From: Candidatus Latescibacterota bacterium
GTDB lineage: Bacteria; Latescibacterota; UBA2968; GCA-2709665
Length of the DNA stretch: 64,000 nucleotides
Assembly: GCA_965203805.1 (NCBI GenBank)
Contig: OZ241917.1
Coordinates: 5,408,001 to 5,472,000 of the forward strand
Direction of reading: 5' to 3'
Part shown: positions 40,195 to 51,300 of the stretch, one piece after another
Numbering within the stretch: the first letter of the stretch is position 1
Layout of the letters: every line of letters starts with the position of its first letter
Translations under genes and position numbers: made by a program
The notes under the pieces: generated by a model
Told to the model about the DNA's origin: nothing
The model's database searches: none
What the model saw: only the letters and a program-made list of their open reading frames with translations

Positions 40195-40215
40195 CCCCAT
40201 TCGAAAGCGACAATA

Positions 40216-40253
40216 GACAAGGGCGGCCGGGGTAGACCCCGGTCGCCCTTGTC
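40216..40253. terminator. Stem-loop between convergent genes
   Basis: GACAAGGGCGGCCGGGG/CCCCGGTCGCCCTTGTC. Confidence 0.6.
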
Positions 40254-40274
40254 GTGTTACGCGAGATCCGGGAT

Positions 40275-43200
40275 TCAGTCCAGGGTCGCCCTGCAGTTGG
40301 ACCGGATTCGGAATCGCCCGTCCCTTTGCACGGTGGCCGTGGCCGTTGGCGTGACCGCTACGGCGTCTCCCGGTCCGATGTCGTAAAGATAGGCAATCTC
40401 GCCAACGTTGAACCTCGCGGCGAGGTCGTGTCCGCCCACCAGCCGGATGCCCGCGTCGCGCCGCACACCCGGGCTGTGAGGCGCGAGAGTAACGTCGTCA
40501 ACGGGCAGCCAGACCGTGTGGTCCTTGTCCGTGAGCCAGGCCCCGCGGTAATATCCCTGCGCCGCCATATAGAGGTTCGTTTTGGTGGACAGCCCCGTCC
40601 CGTCTGCGTTGCGTCCAGTGATGACGAACCGGCCGATTCGGAAACTGTCGTCGCCGAACCGGATGCGATAACGCCGCCCCTTGCCTTCCACGGCCGTGAT
40701 ATTGTAGGCGGTGGCGCGGCGGGGGTTCCCGATACGGGCGACGTCGCCCCTGAGGCCCGCCGCGCGGAAGGCCTGGCTCCCGGGGTCGCGTTCCACGGTG
40801 ATCGACGCAGACCCCGGATCGATTTCCACGATGTTTCCCTGCACGGGCTTTTCAATGGAGAGGGAATGCCCACCGGCGCTGATGCATCCGGAGCCTGACT
40901 GGTGCAGGGATACCAGCTTTCCCTCCGTGTCGCGGCGGGCCAGACTGAAGCTGCCGCCGGACGGTCCGGGGGCGTGGCGGATCGTGTCTTCGCCGTATTG
41001 GTGTCGTACCTTCAGCGCGAGGGTATCGCCGCTGGCATCCAGTTGTTCGACGTCGTGTACTTTCCTGGCGCCCTTATAGGGTTCGTGCACAGCCACAAAC
41101 CGGCTGGCCGCACGGTCCCCCGCGTTGCGCAGCAGCACCCAGGTGAGTTGCTTCGGATTGCCCGGTTTTCTGGGTGGGTCGCCGTGGGCGACGATCGCTT
41201 CGTCGGAGGGCAGGAAAGTCGTATTCAAGCCTATGCCGGTCTTCGGGTCGCGCCACGCGGAGGACCACGCCGCGGTCGGATGCCCGCGCTGCGCATCGTA
41301 CAGATACGAGTATCCGCCGCCCCGGTAGGTATAATACGAGCGGCCCTTCTTCAGCGGGTCGGTAAGGCCGTCGTCGTCATATATGGCGCCGTAGGGTACG
41401 TCCGGTCCTGCCAGCGTGCCCTGCTCCTGCGGCGGGGCGAACGCGATATCGTCCGCCGTGAACTCGCCCTCGAATCCGTGCAGGCTGTAGTCGTGCCGTG
41501 TCCCGCCCGCCACGCGGAAGACGTCGAGGACATAGCGGGCGTCCTTGCCTGCCTCGATGAGCGCGAGCGTCCGCCGGTACTCGGACGTATGGCGATAGGT
41601 TTCCGGGGCGTCGACCTGCACCCAGGTCAGATCTCTCGCCCTCACGAATTGCTCCAGCCTGCCGGGCCCCTGCGTATCCTGCCGCCGGCCGTCCACCACG
41701 ACCGTTGCGTGGGCCAGGGTGTTCTTGGTCCATACCGCGGGTCGGTCGCCCTCGGCGGCGTGTTCGCCGTAACCGAGGTCGGGGATGAGTTTTCGGCCGT
41801 ACGCGAAGAGTTCGACGTTGAGACGGTCGAAATGCGCGTGTTCGGTGGCCGCCCTTCCGTAGTACAGCGCAACAGCGGTTCGTTCACGGCCTCGCCCGGA
41901 CCGCAGCAGGGCCAGGCCGAAGCCCCCCATGAGACGGCTTCCGGTGTTCATGTCTCTGAGTTCGGCGCCGACGTCGGCGTGCGGTGAAGGTTCAACTGGT
42001 TCTTCCAGCAGCGACTCGAAGCTGTTGAAGCCGGTTTTCTCCCTTCGCAGCAATTCGCCGACGAAAGGGTCTCCCGTGGCTCTGTACGCTTCCTGCAGGG
42101 AATCGCTTCCCAGGGCGACATGGCCCCCCGTCGTGGTGCCGGCGTCGCCAATGCACGGGGTGAAGCGGTCCAGGCAGATCATTTCCGCTGCCCAGCGATA
42201 CATGCGCCTGAACTTCGGTCTGTCCCAGAGCCGTATGCCCCGGCCTTCCAGCAGGCGGGCGATAACGGTAAGGTGCGTGACCCAACTGCTGTTGTAGCTG
42301 GGGGAACTCTCCCACCCCATGCCCTCACGGAAGATCAGGTTGTCCAGCGCGAAGTTGATCCCTTCCGCGTGTGCGGCCTTGTCGCGAAAGATATACCCGT
42401 CGAAGTGGGTGAGCATTTCCTTGAGTTCCGTGGCTTCACCGGTGTTGTTCATCGTCCAGTCGACGGCTTTGTCGATTTCATTCCGGTCTCCCGAGGCGAG
42501 TGCGGCGACCAGCAGGGCTTCCTGGTGGCCGCCGTAGTTGCTTCGGACGTCGCCGCGGTAGATACCGTCGAGGCTCGCGCCGATAATGCCGGCCTCGATT
42601 TTTCGGCGGAATCCGTCCGCATCCGAACTGAAGACGGGGTCGTAGGGAATGGCGCCGCGCACGGCATCCAGGGCGTGGCACAGCCGGCGCACGGTGCCGG
42701 ATTCGGAAATGAGGTCGTTCATCTTCCCCGTATAGCCCGGCGAGAATTCCAGCGCGTACATGGATTGCCTGCTGTAGTCCATGTGCGGATAGACCTCGGC
42801 GAGCCGGTCCAGAATGACGAGCGCCTTGTGGGCATACCGGCCGTCGCCGCTGAGCAGATAGGCCTGCGAGAGCGAGGTGAGGCCGGCGACGACGGCGTTC
42901 CACGTACTGCAACAGCAATAGGCGATGAACCAGTGCCGAAAGGGCGCGTTTTCGCCCCGCCAGCCCCATCCGTCGTCCGCGTAAGGGCCGGTGAGCAGGC
43001 TGCGGTCTTCCATGCCGCTCTGGTAGAACGCCTCGAAGTCGTTGCTGGGATAGGATTCGCCGCCCACGGCGCAGGTCACGCGCCATTTGTCCTTGAATGG
43101 ATCGTGTATCCACCCTCCCTGGGCGTACCCGCCGTAACCGTTGGGGCCGCTGCCGTGGACCGGACATCCGCTGACGAAGTTGATGGTCCAGCTCCGCGGT

Positions 43201-43358
43201 ATTTCGGCGGACGGCATCAGCGTGCGAATGAAGTCCCGGTCCCGTTCCAGCCAAGGATTCGCGTCTTCAATGATACGCCCGGCGATTTTTTTCGCGTCGG
43301 GGTCAGCCGCCGCGCGTTGCCGGGCGAGTCGGATCTGTTCCGGTGTGTAGAGATTCAC
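40275..43358 (-). CDS. Heparinase II/III-family protein
   Basis: EG...ESSPSY, P.IGD, LRSG, HAHFDRLN, PDLGY, AHATVVVDG, YVLDVFRV.GG..HDYSLH. Confidence 0.8.
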   Translation of the reverse strand: MNLYTPEQIRLARQRAAADPDAKKIAGRIIEDANPWLERDRDFIRTLMPSAEIPRSWTINFVSGCPVHGSGPNGYGGYAQGGWIHDPFKDKWRVTCAVGGESYPSNDFEAFYQSGMEDRSLLTGPYADDGWGWRGENAPFRHWFIAYCCCSTWNAVVAGLTSLSQAYLLSGDGRYAHKALVILDRLAEVYPHMDYSRQSMYALEFSPGYTGKMNDLISESGTVRRLCHALDAVRGAIPYDPVFSSDADGFRRKIEAGIIGASLDGIYRGDVRSNYGGHQEALLVAALASGDRNEIDKAVDWTMNNTGEATELKEMLTHFDGYIFRDKAAHAEGINFALDNLIFREGMGWESSPSYNSSWVTHLTVIARLLEGRGIRLWDRPKFRRMYRWAAEMICLDRFTPCIGDAGTTTGGHVALGSDSLQEAYRATGDPFVGELLRREKTGFNSFESLLEEPVEPSPHADVGAELRDMNTGSRLMGGFGLALLRSGRGRERTAVALYYGRAATEHAHFDRLNVELFAYGRKLIPDLGYGEHAAEGDRPAVWTKNTLAHATVVVDGRRQDTQGPGRLEQFVRARDLTWVQVDAPETYRHTSEYRRTLALIEAGKDARYVLDVFRVAGGTRHDYSLHGFEGEFTADDIAFAPPQEQGTLAGPDVPYGAIYDDDGLTDPLKKGRSYYTYRGGGYSYLYDAQRGHPTAAWSSAWRDPKTGIGLNTTFLPSDEAIVAHGDPPRKPGNPKQLTWVLLRNAGDRAASRFVAVHEPYKGARKVHDVEQLDASGDTLALKVRHQYGEDTIRHAPGPSGGSFSLARRDTEGKLVSLHQSGSGCISAGGHSLSIEKPVQGNIVEIDPGSASITVERDPGSQAFRAAGLRGDVARIGNPRRATAYNITAVEGKGRRYRIRFGDDSFRIGRFVITGRNADGTGLSTKTNLYMAAQGYYRGAWLTDKDHTVWLPVDDVTLAPHSPGVRRDAGIRLVGGHDLAARFNVGEIAYLYDIGPGDAVAVTPTATATVQRDGRFRIRSNCRATLD

Positions 43359-43796
43359 CTGGGCTCCTGGTTATCTGTGACAGTTGACGCGGATGCTCCT
43401 TTTCGTGCAGGAGATCATCCGCGCGCGGGAAATTATCGGAGGCGCCGTTTGCGCACGCGCGGGCACCGAAGCGGTACCGATGACCGGCCCATCAGTATTT
43501 CGAAAGCGAGGCGAATCCGCAAGGCTATTTTCGACCGCCGGGATGAATCGTCGGATGGAGGGAGCACTTTCACCGGGGCGGGTAACGGAGGGTCAACTCA
43601 AGTCGTGCGCCACTTGCCGAAGCGCTTGACGCCTGATGACATATTTGATAAATAGTCGAGGTTCGACAGCAGGCGTTTCAGTTCGAAAAAGGAGCAACCC
43701 GACGCCACGATGCCGCGTCTCGGGCGGCAATCCTCACGGCGGGGATTCGCCTCGCATATCGGCCGCTTGCGCTTCGGGCACACAAGGGGAAACTGA

Positions 43797-44738
43797 ATGG
43801 AATATCGCACGCTCGGACGAACCGGGCTTCGTGTTTCGGTGCTGGGCATCGGGACGGGCGGTCCGAGTCAGTTCGGACAGGGTTCCGGCGTTCCGGAGGC
43901 CGATGCCGGCCGGATGGTGCGCAGGGCGCTGGAACTGGGCGTAAATTTCTTCGACACCGCCGCCGGATATGGGGATAGCGAGGCCATTCTCGGCAGGGCG
44001 CTGGCGGGCGTGCCGCGGGAGAACTACGTGCTGGCGACAAAGGTGCAGGCGGCGCGGGACGACTGGACCGCCACGTCCGAAGACGTGGTCGCCTCCGTGG
44101 AGCGAAGCCTTGCGCGCCTCAGGGTGGACGTGATTGACGTCATGCAGTTTCACGGCGTGAAGCCGGAAGACTACGCGCGCACAATCGAGATCTTCCTGCC
44201 GGTAATGGCGCGCCTTCAGGAGCAGGGAAAATTCCGGTTTCTGGGCGTATCTGAGACCTATTCGCAGGATCCCGGGCACGAGATGTTTCCGACGGCGCTG
44301 GCCGACGGCCATTTTGACACGGCAATGGTCGGGTACAATATGATCAGCCCCACGGCGGAGCACAGCGTCCTGCCGATGTGTCTGGAAAAAAACGTGGGCG
44401 TGATCTGTATGGTGGCCGTACGCCGGGCGCTGAGCAGGCCGGAGGTGTTGGCCGAGCGTATCGCCTACGCGAAGGAGAAAGGGCTGATAAAAAGGGATTC
44501 CGTGCCGGATGAGGATCCGCTGGGCTGGCTCGTGAAGGGGCACGTGAATTCGCTGCCGGCGGCCGCATACAAATACGTGGCGTCCCATCCGGCGATGGGT
44601 ACGGTGCTTACGGGCACGGCGAACATCGAACACCTGGAAGCCAACGTGAAGGCCATACTCGGGCCGCCGCTGCCGGACGAAGACATGGCGCGATTGAGAG
44701 ACATCTTCGGCGCCGTGTGGGAACCGTTGGGGAACTGA
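43797..44738 (+). CDS. Aldo/keto reductase
   Basis: YRTLGRTGL.VS, FFDTA..YG.SE, LATK, SLARL..D.ID. Confidence 0.9.
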   Translation: MEYRTLGRTGLRVSVLGIGTGGPSQFGQGSGVPEADAGRMVRRALELGVNFFDTAAGYGDSEAILGRALAGVPRENYVLATKVQAARDDWTATSEDVVASVERSLARLRVDVIDVMQFHGVKPEDYARTIEIFLPVMARLQEQGKFRFLGVSETYSQDPGHEMFPTALADGHFDTAMVGYNMISPTAEHSVLPMCLEKNVGVICMVAVRRALSRPEVLAERIAYAKEKGLIKRDSVPDEDPLGWLVKGHVNSLPAAAYKYVASHPAMGTVLTGTANIEHLEANVKAILGPPLPDEDMARLRDIFGAVWEPLGN

Positions 44739-44746
44739 TGCTGTAA

Positions 44747-45001
44747 AAGGCGGGTAGAGGGAAGACGTTAGACGGGAGATTCCGTGAGTGCGCTATGGTT
44801 ATTCTTGATTGTTACGATAGCGGCAAAGAAACAGGCACGGTTAGCGTGAAAACACTGTGGTAACGTTATCATCTACCGTCTACCGTCTTGCGTCTCACCG
44901 GTTTTATTGCCCGATGCGGTTTCATTTCTTGCCGGAGGCAAAAAGGAAGAAACAATCGAGCAAGGATGTCATCTCCCGTCTCCCGGCTCACGTCTTACCG
45001 A
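44747..45001. repeat. Composite element: heptamer IR, module A, heptamer block, one module B, heptamer block
   Basis: Single-unit version of 16007-16570. Confidence 0.85.
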
Positions 45002-45094
45002 AGTTAGTCGACCACACCGCAGAGAGACGGCATGTATCGACGGGAGATTGGGAAGACATTTTCGGGACAGGACACGATCTGAGAGGAGCGTTGC

Positions 45095-46216
45095 ATGGGC
45101 GAGACGACCGCGGAATCCGAGGCGCCGGCGACAGACGGCCGGAAATCCGATGTGACCCTGATAGACGCGGATGTCCACAATTATCCGGACTCCATGGACG
45201 AACTCCTGCCCCACCTGTCGAAGCGGTGGCAGGCGTACGTGAAGCAGTCCGGGTTTACGCTCCCGTCGGTTTCAATCTATCCCAAGCTCTTTGCCCAGGC
45301 CGCCCGGCGCGACGCGTGGCCCCCGAGCGGCAGGAGGCCCGGCGCAGACGCCGATTTTGCGCGGGAGCAGTTGCTCGACACATGGGATATCGACTATGCG
45401 GTTCTCAACCCGCTCGTCGCGGTGTCGTCCGTACGAAATATCGATCTTGCCAACGCGCTGCAGCGGGCGGTCAACGAATGGACCCGGGAGGCATGGCTGG
45501 ACGCCGACCGGCGCTGGCGCGGTTCCATCGTCGTCAATATCCAGGACGCAGACGCCGCCGCGGCCGAGATCGAGCGCCTCGCGGGCGACCGTCGCTTTGT
45601 ACAGGTGCTGCTGCTCGTGCGCTCCTACGCCCCCTACGGTCGACGCGAATTCAGGCCTGTATTTCGCGCGGCGGCGGCGGCCGACCTGCCGGTAGGCATT
45701 CACTTTGGCGGCGGTGGCAATCCCATTACCGCCAGCGGCTGGCCATCCTATTATATCGAGGACCACACGGGAATGTCGCAGGCCTTCGAAGCCCAGGTCA
45801 TCAGCCTGGTATGCGAAGGCGTTTTCGAGGAACTGCCGTCTGCCCGCGCGGCCCTCATCGAGGGTGGATTTGCCTGGCTTCCGGCGCTCATGTGGCGGCT
45901 GGACAAGAACTACCGGGGACTGCGCAGCGAAGTGCCCTGGCTCCGGAGGCTGCCCAGCGAATACATCCTGGATCACTTCCGCGCCACGACGCAGCCCATG
46001 GAGGAGCCCGCCGATACCCGGCACCTGCTCTCCATTCTGGACATGATCGGGCGCGACGACTTTCTGATGTTCGCCACCGATTACCCCCACTGGGACTTCG
46101 ACGCCCCCGACCGGGCCCTGCCGCGGGCAATCAAGGGCGCCCTCAGACAACGCATTCTGTCCGAAAACGCGGCGGCTTTCTATGGCCTTGAAGACAATCG
46201 ACATCGGATCAGTTGA
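45095..46216 (+). CDS. Amidohydrolase_2-fold protein, possibly a dinuclear oxygenase (AibH/PtmU3-like)
   Basis: [30 protein letters not shown]; overlaps a Rieske gene. Confidence 0.75.
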   Translation: MGETTAESEAPATDGRKSDVTLIDADVHNYPDSMDELLPHLSKRWQAYVKQSGFTLPSVSIYPKLFAQAARRDAWPPSGRRPGADADFAREQLLDTWDIDYAVLNPLVAVSSVRNIDLANALQRAVNEWTREAWLDADRRWRGSIVVNIQDADAAAAEIERLAGDRRFVQVLLLVRSYAPYGRREFRPVFRAAAAADLPVGIHFGGGGNPITASGWPSYYIEDHTGMSQAFEAQVISLVCEGVFEELPSARAALIEGGFAWLPALMWRLDKNYRGLRSEVPWLRRLPSEYILDHFRATTQPMEEPADTRHLLSILDMIGRDDFLMFATDYPHWDFDAPDRALPRAIKGALRQRILSENAAAFYGLEDNRHRIS

Positions 46217-46547
46217 CGATTTCGAGCCCGGCCGGCCGCGTCGCGTGGCAGCGGGCGGGCGGGCGCTGACGGTGGTGCGCCGCGGCCGGCGTTTCTTCGC
46301 GTTGCGCGATATCTGTCCCCATCAGGGTGCGCCGCTGTCCGCCGGAAAGGTGGACGGTACCGCCATGCCGTGCCGACCCGGCGAGGAAATCTCGTACGGC
46401 CGCGTGGGCGAAATCCTTACCTGTCCCTGGCACGGCTGGCAATTCGACCTGGCCACCGGCCGCGCCCTGATCGAGCCCGACCGATTTCGCGTGCGGGTCT
46501 ACCCGGTGCGCGTCGTTTGCGGACGCGTGGTTGTGGACCTCAAATAG
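46182..46547 (+). CDS. Rieske [2Fe-2S] ferredoxin
   Basis: CPHQGAPL ... CPWHGWQF. Confidence 0.92.
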   Translation: MALKTIDIGSVDDFEPGRPRRVAAGGRALTVVRRGRRFFALRDICPHQGAPLSAGKVDGTAMPCRPGEEISYGRVGEILTCPWHGWQFDLATGRALIEPDRFRVRVYPVRVVCGRVVVDLK

Positions 46548-46606
46548 CAGCCAGTTGAGAAAGTCCATCCGGACACCCGAACGACCTTCCCCGATCGGAG
46601 CCACGA

Positions 46607-47791
46607 TTGATCCGAATCGGCAATCCGTTTTCCGAATGGAACCGGGATTTCAGACTGCTGGCCGCGGCGGCGTTTTCCGTCGGTGTGTTTTTCGGCGTGC
46701 AACTCACGTTGTACAACAATTTCGCCGTGGATCGCCTGGGCATCGAGCCGCACGAACTCGGGTACGTGGAAGCCCTGCGGGAGACGTCGGGATTCCTGAA
46801 TGCGTTCTTCATCGCGCTCATGATGCGCGTGGCGCCGCCAGTCGTCGCCGGCGCTTCCCTGCTGGTGATGGGCGCCGGACTTGCCGCGTACGCGGATGTG
46901 TATACCGTATTTTCCCTCGCCGTATATTCGGCGCTGTGGGGCATCGGGTTCCATTGCTGGATCCCCATGGAACAGTCCATGGCGTTGCGGTTTTCGCCCG
47001 AGGGAAAGAAAGGAAAATGGCTGGGTCAGCTGCGGAGCGTTCATGCCCTGGCGTGGCTGCTGACCATCGGGGTCTGTAATCTCGTTTTCCATCTGATCCG
47101 CTACGACTGGCTGTTCGTGGGGGCGGGAGCGATCACCGCGCTGGGCGGACTCACGATCTTCTTCGCCGGCAGAAGGCGCCCGGAGTTTCGGGAGAAGAGT
47201 TTCGTGTTCCGCCGCCGCTACGGCCTGTATTATGCTCTGAATTTTCTTCAGGGCTGCCGGAAGCAGATGTTTATCACGTTTGCCATCTTCGCGCTGGTGA
47301 AAGTCCATGGGATGCCCGTGGAAACGACGATGGCGCTCGTGCTCATCAATCAGACGCTGATTACGTTAACGGCCCCGCTGATGGGCCGGATGGTGGACAG
47401 GTATGGAGAACGGGCGGTGCTCAGCTGGAGCTATATCGGGCTGGCCTTCGTTTTTTTCGGATATGGCGCGATTCAGCACCGTCCGACGCTGTACGTGCTA
47501 TATTGCGTGGACAACCTTATCTTCTTCGGGGGCATCGCGCTGACCACGTACCTGCACAAGATCGCGCCGCAGGAGGACCTGAAGCCCACGCTGTCCATGG
47601 GGGTGACAATGAACCATTTCGCAGCCGTGGCCGCGCCGCTGATCGGCGGGTTGGTCTGGCGTCACTTCGGCTACCAGGTGATCTTTTTCAGCGGCGCGGT
47701 CCTGGCGTTGATTTCACTGGTGGTGAGCCAGTGGGTGGATCCGGAGGGCATGCTTCGTCGAGAACGCGAGGCGCCCGCATTGGCGGATTGA
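46607..47791 (+). CDS. MFS transporter
   Basis: About 12 hydrophobic helices, GRMVDRYGER motif. Confidence 0.85.
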   Translation: MIRIGNPFSEWNRDFRLLAAAAFSVGVFFGVQLTLYNNFAVDRLGIEPHELGYVEALRETSGFLNAFFIALMMRVAPPVVAGASLLVMGAGLAAYADVYTVFSLAVYSALWGIGFHCWIPMEQSMALRFSPEGKKGKWLGQLRSVHALAWLLTIGVCNLVFHLIRYDWLFVGAGAITALGGLTIFFAGRRRPEFREKSFVFRRRYGLYYALNFLQGCRKQMFITFAIFALVKVHGMPVETTMALVLINQTLITLTAPLMGRMVDRYGERAVLSWSYIGLAFVFFGYGAIQHRPTLYVLYCVDNLIFFGGIALTTYLHKIAPQEDLKPTLSMGVTMNHFAAVAAPLIGGLVWRHFGYQVIFFSGAVLALISLVVSQWVDPEGMLRREREAPALAD

Positions 47792-47827
47792 CCCCCGCGC
47801 GGGCATCGAACTGATAGGGAGGACAGG

Positions 47828-48781
47828 ATGAGGTCTCGAGAACTTGGACGTACGGGAATTCGGATCTCGGAAGTGGGATTGGGTTGCTGGCCGATCGGCG
47901 GCGCGTCATTCCGCGGAGGCAGCCCCACCGGCTGGTCCGGCGTGGATGTCATGGGATCGGTTGACACCGTCCGCCGTTCCTGGGCGCGCGGTGTGACATT
48001 CTACGATACAGCGGACGCGTACGGCCGCGGCAAGAGCGAGGTGCTGGTGGGTCTGGGCTTGTACGAAAACAAGAACGATGCCGTGATCTGCACCAAGGTC
48101 GGAATGAGTCTCGCGGCGCCGGGGCAGGATTTCTCCGAACCGTATATCCTTGGCGCGCTGGACGCGAGTCTTACGCGCCTGGAGCGCGATACCGTGGATC
48201 TGTATCTGTTGCACGGCCCACCGCTGGAGGGGATGACCGACGCCCTGTTCGGGTTGATGAGAGACCTGAAGGGGTCGGGCAAGATTCGCGCGTGGGGCGT
48301 TTCGATCAGTCCGGTCGAAACCTCCGACGTGGTTGTGGAGGAAGGACTGCGCGCGATGGAGGGCGGCGCCGAGGCGATTCAACTGGTGTACAACATCCTT
48401 CAGCAGAAGGAAGGCGACGCCCTGTTTCCCGCGGCGCTGGAAAAGGGCGTGGGCATGATCGCGCGGGTGCCCCTGGCTTCCGGCTGGCTGACGGGAAAGT
48501 ACAATGAACGTACCGAATTTCCCGCGGACGACCTGCGGAGTATCAGATACACTTCAGAGAGGGTGAGGGAGACGGCTGCGCAGGTCGGACAGCTGGACTT
48601 TCTGCTGGAGGAGGCGGATTCGATGGTCGACGCCGCACTGCGGTTCGTCCTTTCGAATCCCGCGGTTTCCACGGTCATTCCGGGGGCGAAGACGCCCGCA
48701 CAACTGGATGACATCGTCAACGCGGCCGGGAAGACGTTGTCGGCCGGCGCCCTGGATCGGGTCCGGGAACTGTTCGGCTGA
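47828..48781 (+). CDS. Aldo/keto reductase
   Basis: LGRTG..ISEVGLG, YDTADAYG.GKSE, RVPLASG.LTGK, IPGAKT. Confidence 0.9.
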   Translation: MRSRELGRTGIRISEVGLGCWPIGGASFRGGSPTGWSGVDVMGSVDTVRRSWARGVTFYDTADAYGRGKSEVLVGLGLYENKNDAVICTKVGMSLAAPGQDFSEPYILGALDASLTRLERDTVDLYLLHGPPLEGMTDALFGLMRDLKGSGKIRAWGVSISPVETSDVVVEEGLRAMEGGAEAIQLVYNILQQKEGDALFPAALEKGVGMIARVPLASGWLTGKYNERTEFPADDLRSIRYTSERVRETAAQVGQLDFLLEEADSMVDAALRFVLSNPAVSTVIPGAKTPAQLDDIVNAAGKTLSAGALDRVRELFG

Positions 48782-48795
48782 TTCGCGGGACGAGG

Positions 48796-49045
48796 AGCAG
48801 CAAAAGGCAGCTATCAGCCGTCAGCGTTCAGCAGTCGGCTTGAGTCAAAAGCGAAAATCAACTTCGACATCCCCATCTCCCCAAATTCCCTGAAGGCGGG
48901 TAGAGGGAAGACGTTAGACGGGAGACGGGAGATGATATATCGCGTCTCCCGGACGACGATATGGCATCGCGAAATTTATCGGCGATAGACGTGCAGACCT
49001 CTCCCCCCGGCCCCCTCTCCCGCGGGGAGAGGGGGAGCAGAACCA
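48796..49045. repeat. Composite mosaic repeat, inverted homologue of 17465-17822
   Basis: TCAGC heptamers, CCCCAAATTCCCT.AAGGCGG, AGACGGG heptamers, CCCCCTCTCCCGCGGGGAGAGGGGG hairpin. Confidence 0.85.
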
Positions 49046-49611
49046 GGCGTAAATCAAGCAATGACAAGATCCTCCCTCTTTCAGGAACGTCGCAGGTGGG
49101 TTGCGGTCTTGGGGGATTTGCAAGCGCTCTATCAATAAGGAATGTAAGTGTTTTGAACTTCGCGCCATTCCGTCGCGCGTTCGGTGGCTGAGCGGGGGGT
49201 TTTTGCGTGTTAATCCGTGCAGCTCCGAAGCAGAATGAGACCGATTGGGTACTCAGGCCACAGTCGCTCGTTTGTACCACTGGGTTGGTTCACGCAAAAA
49301 CCGGCCCCGCGCCGAGCGGCGCCGTTCTTTTTGGTCCTTTTTCTTGGGCGTACAAGAAAAAGGACGAAGAGAAAATAAGAGTTTGTGAGAGAGATTAAGA
49401 TCTTGTTCTACCGGAGGTTAGTTCCAAAAGGTGTTCGTCCGCCGACAGGCGACCTGCGCAATGGTGGCAAGTGAGGACACTTCGACATGCCGCTTCCGCA
49501 AGCCACTTCGGCAAGCTCAGTGCAAGCAGCGTAAGCAACGCCGCGAGGCGGGATGATTCAGCGGAACATGGTGACGCATTTTGAGAGAGAATACCAGGGA
49601 GGGTTGCTGAT

Positions 49612-50595
49612 ATGGTCGGATTCGCGGTTGTCGGCCTTGGAATGGGACAAAACCGGTCAAGACTGATTCACGGTACGGACGGCGCCGCGTTGAAGGTCGT
49701 GGTGGACCTGGACCGAACGCGCCTGGAAAAGGTGAGTTCCGAACTGGGTGTGGAGGGAACAACGGACCTGAACGCGGCGCTTGATCGGGCGGACGTGGAC
49801 GTGGTGATGGTGATGACGCCCAGCGGGACCCATGCCGACCTGGGCATTCAGGCCGCCCGCGCGGGCAAACACGTGATAACGACCAAGCCCATGGACGTGT
49901 CGACCGACGCGTGCGACCGGTTGATCGCGGCCTGCGACGAGGCCGGCGTGCTCTGCGGCGTGGACTACCAGAGCCGGTACGTCGACAACAACTGGCGCGT
50001 GGCCGAAGCGCTGAGACGGGGCTGGCTCGGCAAGCCCATTCTCGGCGAGGTGCGTTTCAAGTGGTTCCGGGCGGCGTCCTATTTCGAGGCAAGCGGCGGC
50101 TGGCGCGGGACGTGGAAAATGGACGGGGGCGGATCGCTCGCCAACCAGGGGGCGCACCTCCTGGACGTGATGTGCTGGTTTATGGGCGACGCGGTTTCGG
50201 TCTATGGTGAAACGGCCGTCATGAACCATGAGATCGAAACCGAGGATATCGGGCTGGCAATCGTGAATTTCGCGAACGGCGCCAAAGGCACGATTGTCGG
50301 CACCACGACGTTTCCGTCGAGTGCGTATTTCAGCGCGGAAGTTCACGGATCGGACGGTGGGGTGTTGATCGAGGACGTGCTTACGGGCAAGATGAGTGTG
50401 TTCGGCGAGGGCCTGCAGGAGCGGCTGGCGACGGTGGAGAATCCACTTCAGAATATCGTGGAGGACGTCGTCAGCGCCGTGGAGAGAAGGACGCCGCTAC
50501 GGGTCGACGGACAGGAGGGACGCCGGACAGTGGCGCTGCTGGAGGCCGTCTACAAGTCGGCGCGGGAGGGCCGGCCGGTTGAGGTCGACGCATGA
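49612..50595 (+). CDS. Gfo/Idh/MocA family oxidoreductase
   Basis: VVGLGMG, TPSGTH, GKHV.TTKP, WRGTW..DGGG.L.NQGAH..D. Confidence 0.9.
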   Translation: MVGFAVVGLGMGQNRSRLIHGTDGAALKVVVDLDRTRLEKVSSELGVEGTTDLNAALDRADVDVVMVMTPSGTHADLGIQAARAGKHVITTKPMDVSTDACDRLIAACDEAGVLCGVDYQSRYVDNNWRVAEALRRGWLGKPILGEVRFKWFRAASYFEASGGWRGTWKMDGGGSLANQGAHLLDVMCWFMGDAVSVYGETAVMNHEIETEDIGLAIVNFANGAKGTIVGTTTFPSSAYFSAEVHGSDGGVLIEDVLTGKMSVFGEGLQERLATVENPLQNIVEDVVSAVERRTPLRVDGQEGRRTVALLEAVYKSAREGRPVEVDA

Positions 50596-50661
50596 TTGAC
50601 GGATAGTACGGTCGTTTCCGCGTCCGCAATTTTCCTGTCGATTCGACGAGTCATTTCCGTC

Positions 50662-51270
50662 TCACGTCGACGGAGAATCGAGCCGGGCAACGCCGACCAT
50701 CGCGTCTCGCGTGACGAGCGGGACAAGCGCTTCCTCGCTGAAGCCTTCCGTGCCGCCGGGACGCTCCGGGAGTACCATATAGCGGAGATCCGAGTTGCTG
50801 TCCCAGACACGGATTTCCACCGAATCGGGCAGGTGAAGGTCGAATTCCTTCAGCACGGCTCTGGGTTCCCGGACGAGCCGGGAGCGGTAGGCGTAGGACT
50901 TGTACCATCCGGGCGGCAGCCCGAGCAACTGCCAGGGATAACAGGAGCACAGCGTGCAGACCACAACGTTGTGGACTTCCGGTGTGTTTTCCAGAACAAC
51001 GATCTCAGCGCCGTCCCTGCCGCTGAAGCCCAGTTCCGCTATCGCCCCCCTGCCGTTTTCCAGCAGTCTCCGCCTGTAGTCCGGGTCCGTCCAGGCGCGG
51101 GCCACCACTCTGGCGCCGTTGAGCGGGCCGATGTCGTTCTCGTACCTGTTCACGACTTCGTCTATGCGTTCGGTCGTGACCAGCCCCTTTTCAACCAGGA
51201 GCGATTCCAGCGCTCGTGTGCGCAGCGCCGCGTCGGATCCGCTCGGGACCGATTCTTCCTGTCTGCTCAT
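50662..51270 (-). CDS. nthA: Cobalt-type nitrile hydratase alpha subunit
   Basis: [10 protein letters not shown] metal motif, [20 protein letters not shown]. Confidence 0.95.
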   Translation of the reverse strand: MSRQEESVPSGSDAALRTRALESLLVEKGLVTTERIDEVVNRYENDIGPLNGARVVARAWTDPDYRRRLLENGRGAIAELGFSGRDGAEIVVLENTPEVHNVVVCTLCSCYPWQLLGLPPGWYKSYAYRSRLVREPRAVLKEFDLHLPDSVEIRVWDSNSDLRYMVLPERPGGTEGFSEEALVPLVTRDAMVGVARLDSPST

Positions 51271-51300
51271 CGCAATGGGCCCTCTCTGTTCCGGATGTGT

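Noticed and set aside
43400-43790. tRNA or ncRNA in the divergent intergenic region (GGTTCGA motif)
   Set aside because: No cloverleaf or acceptor stem can be formed
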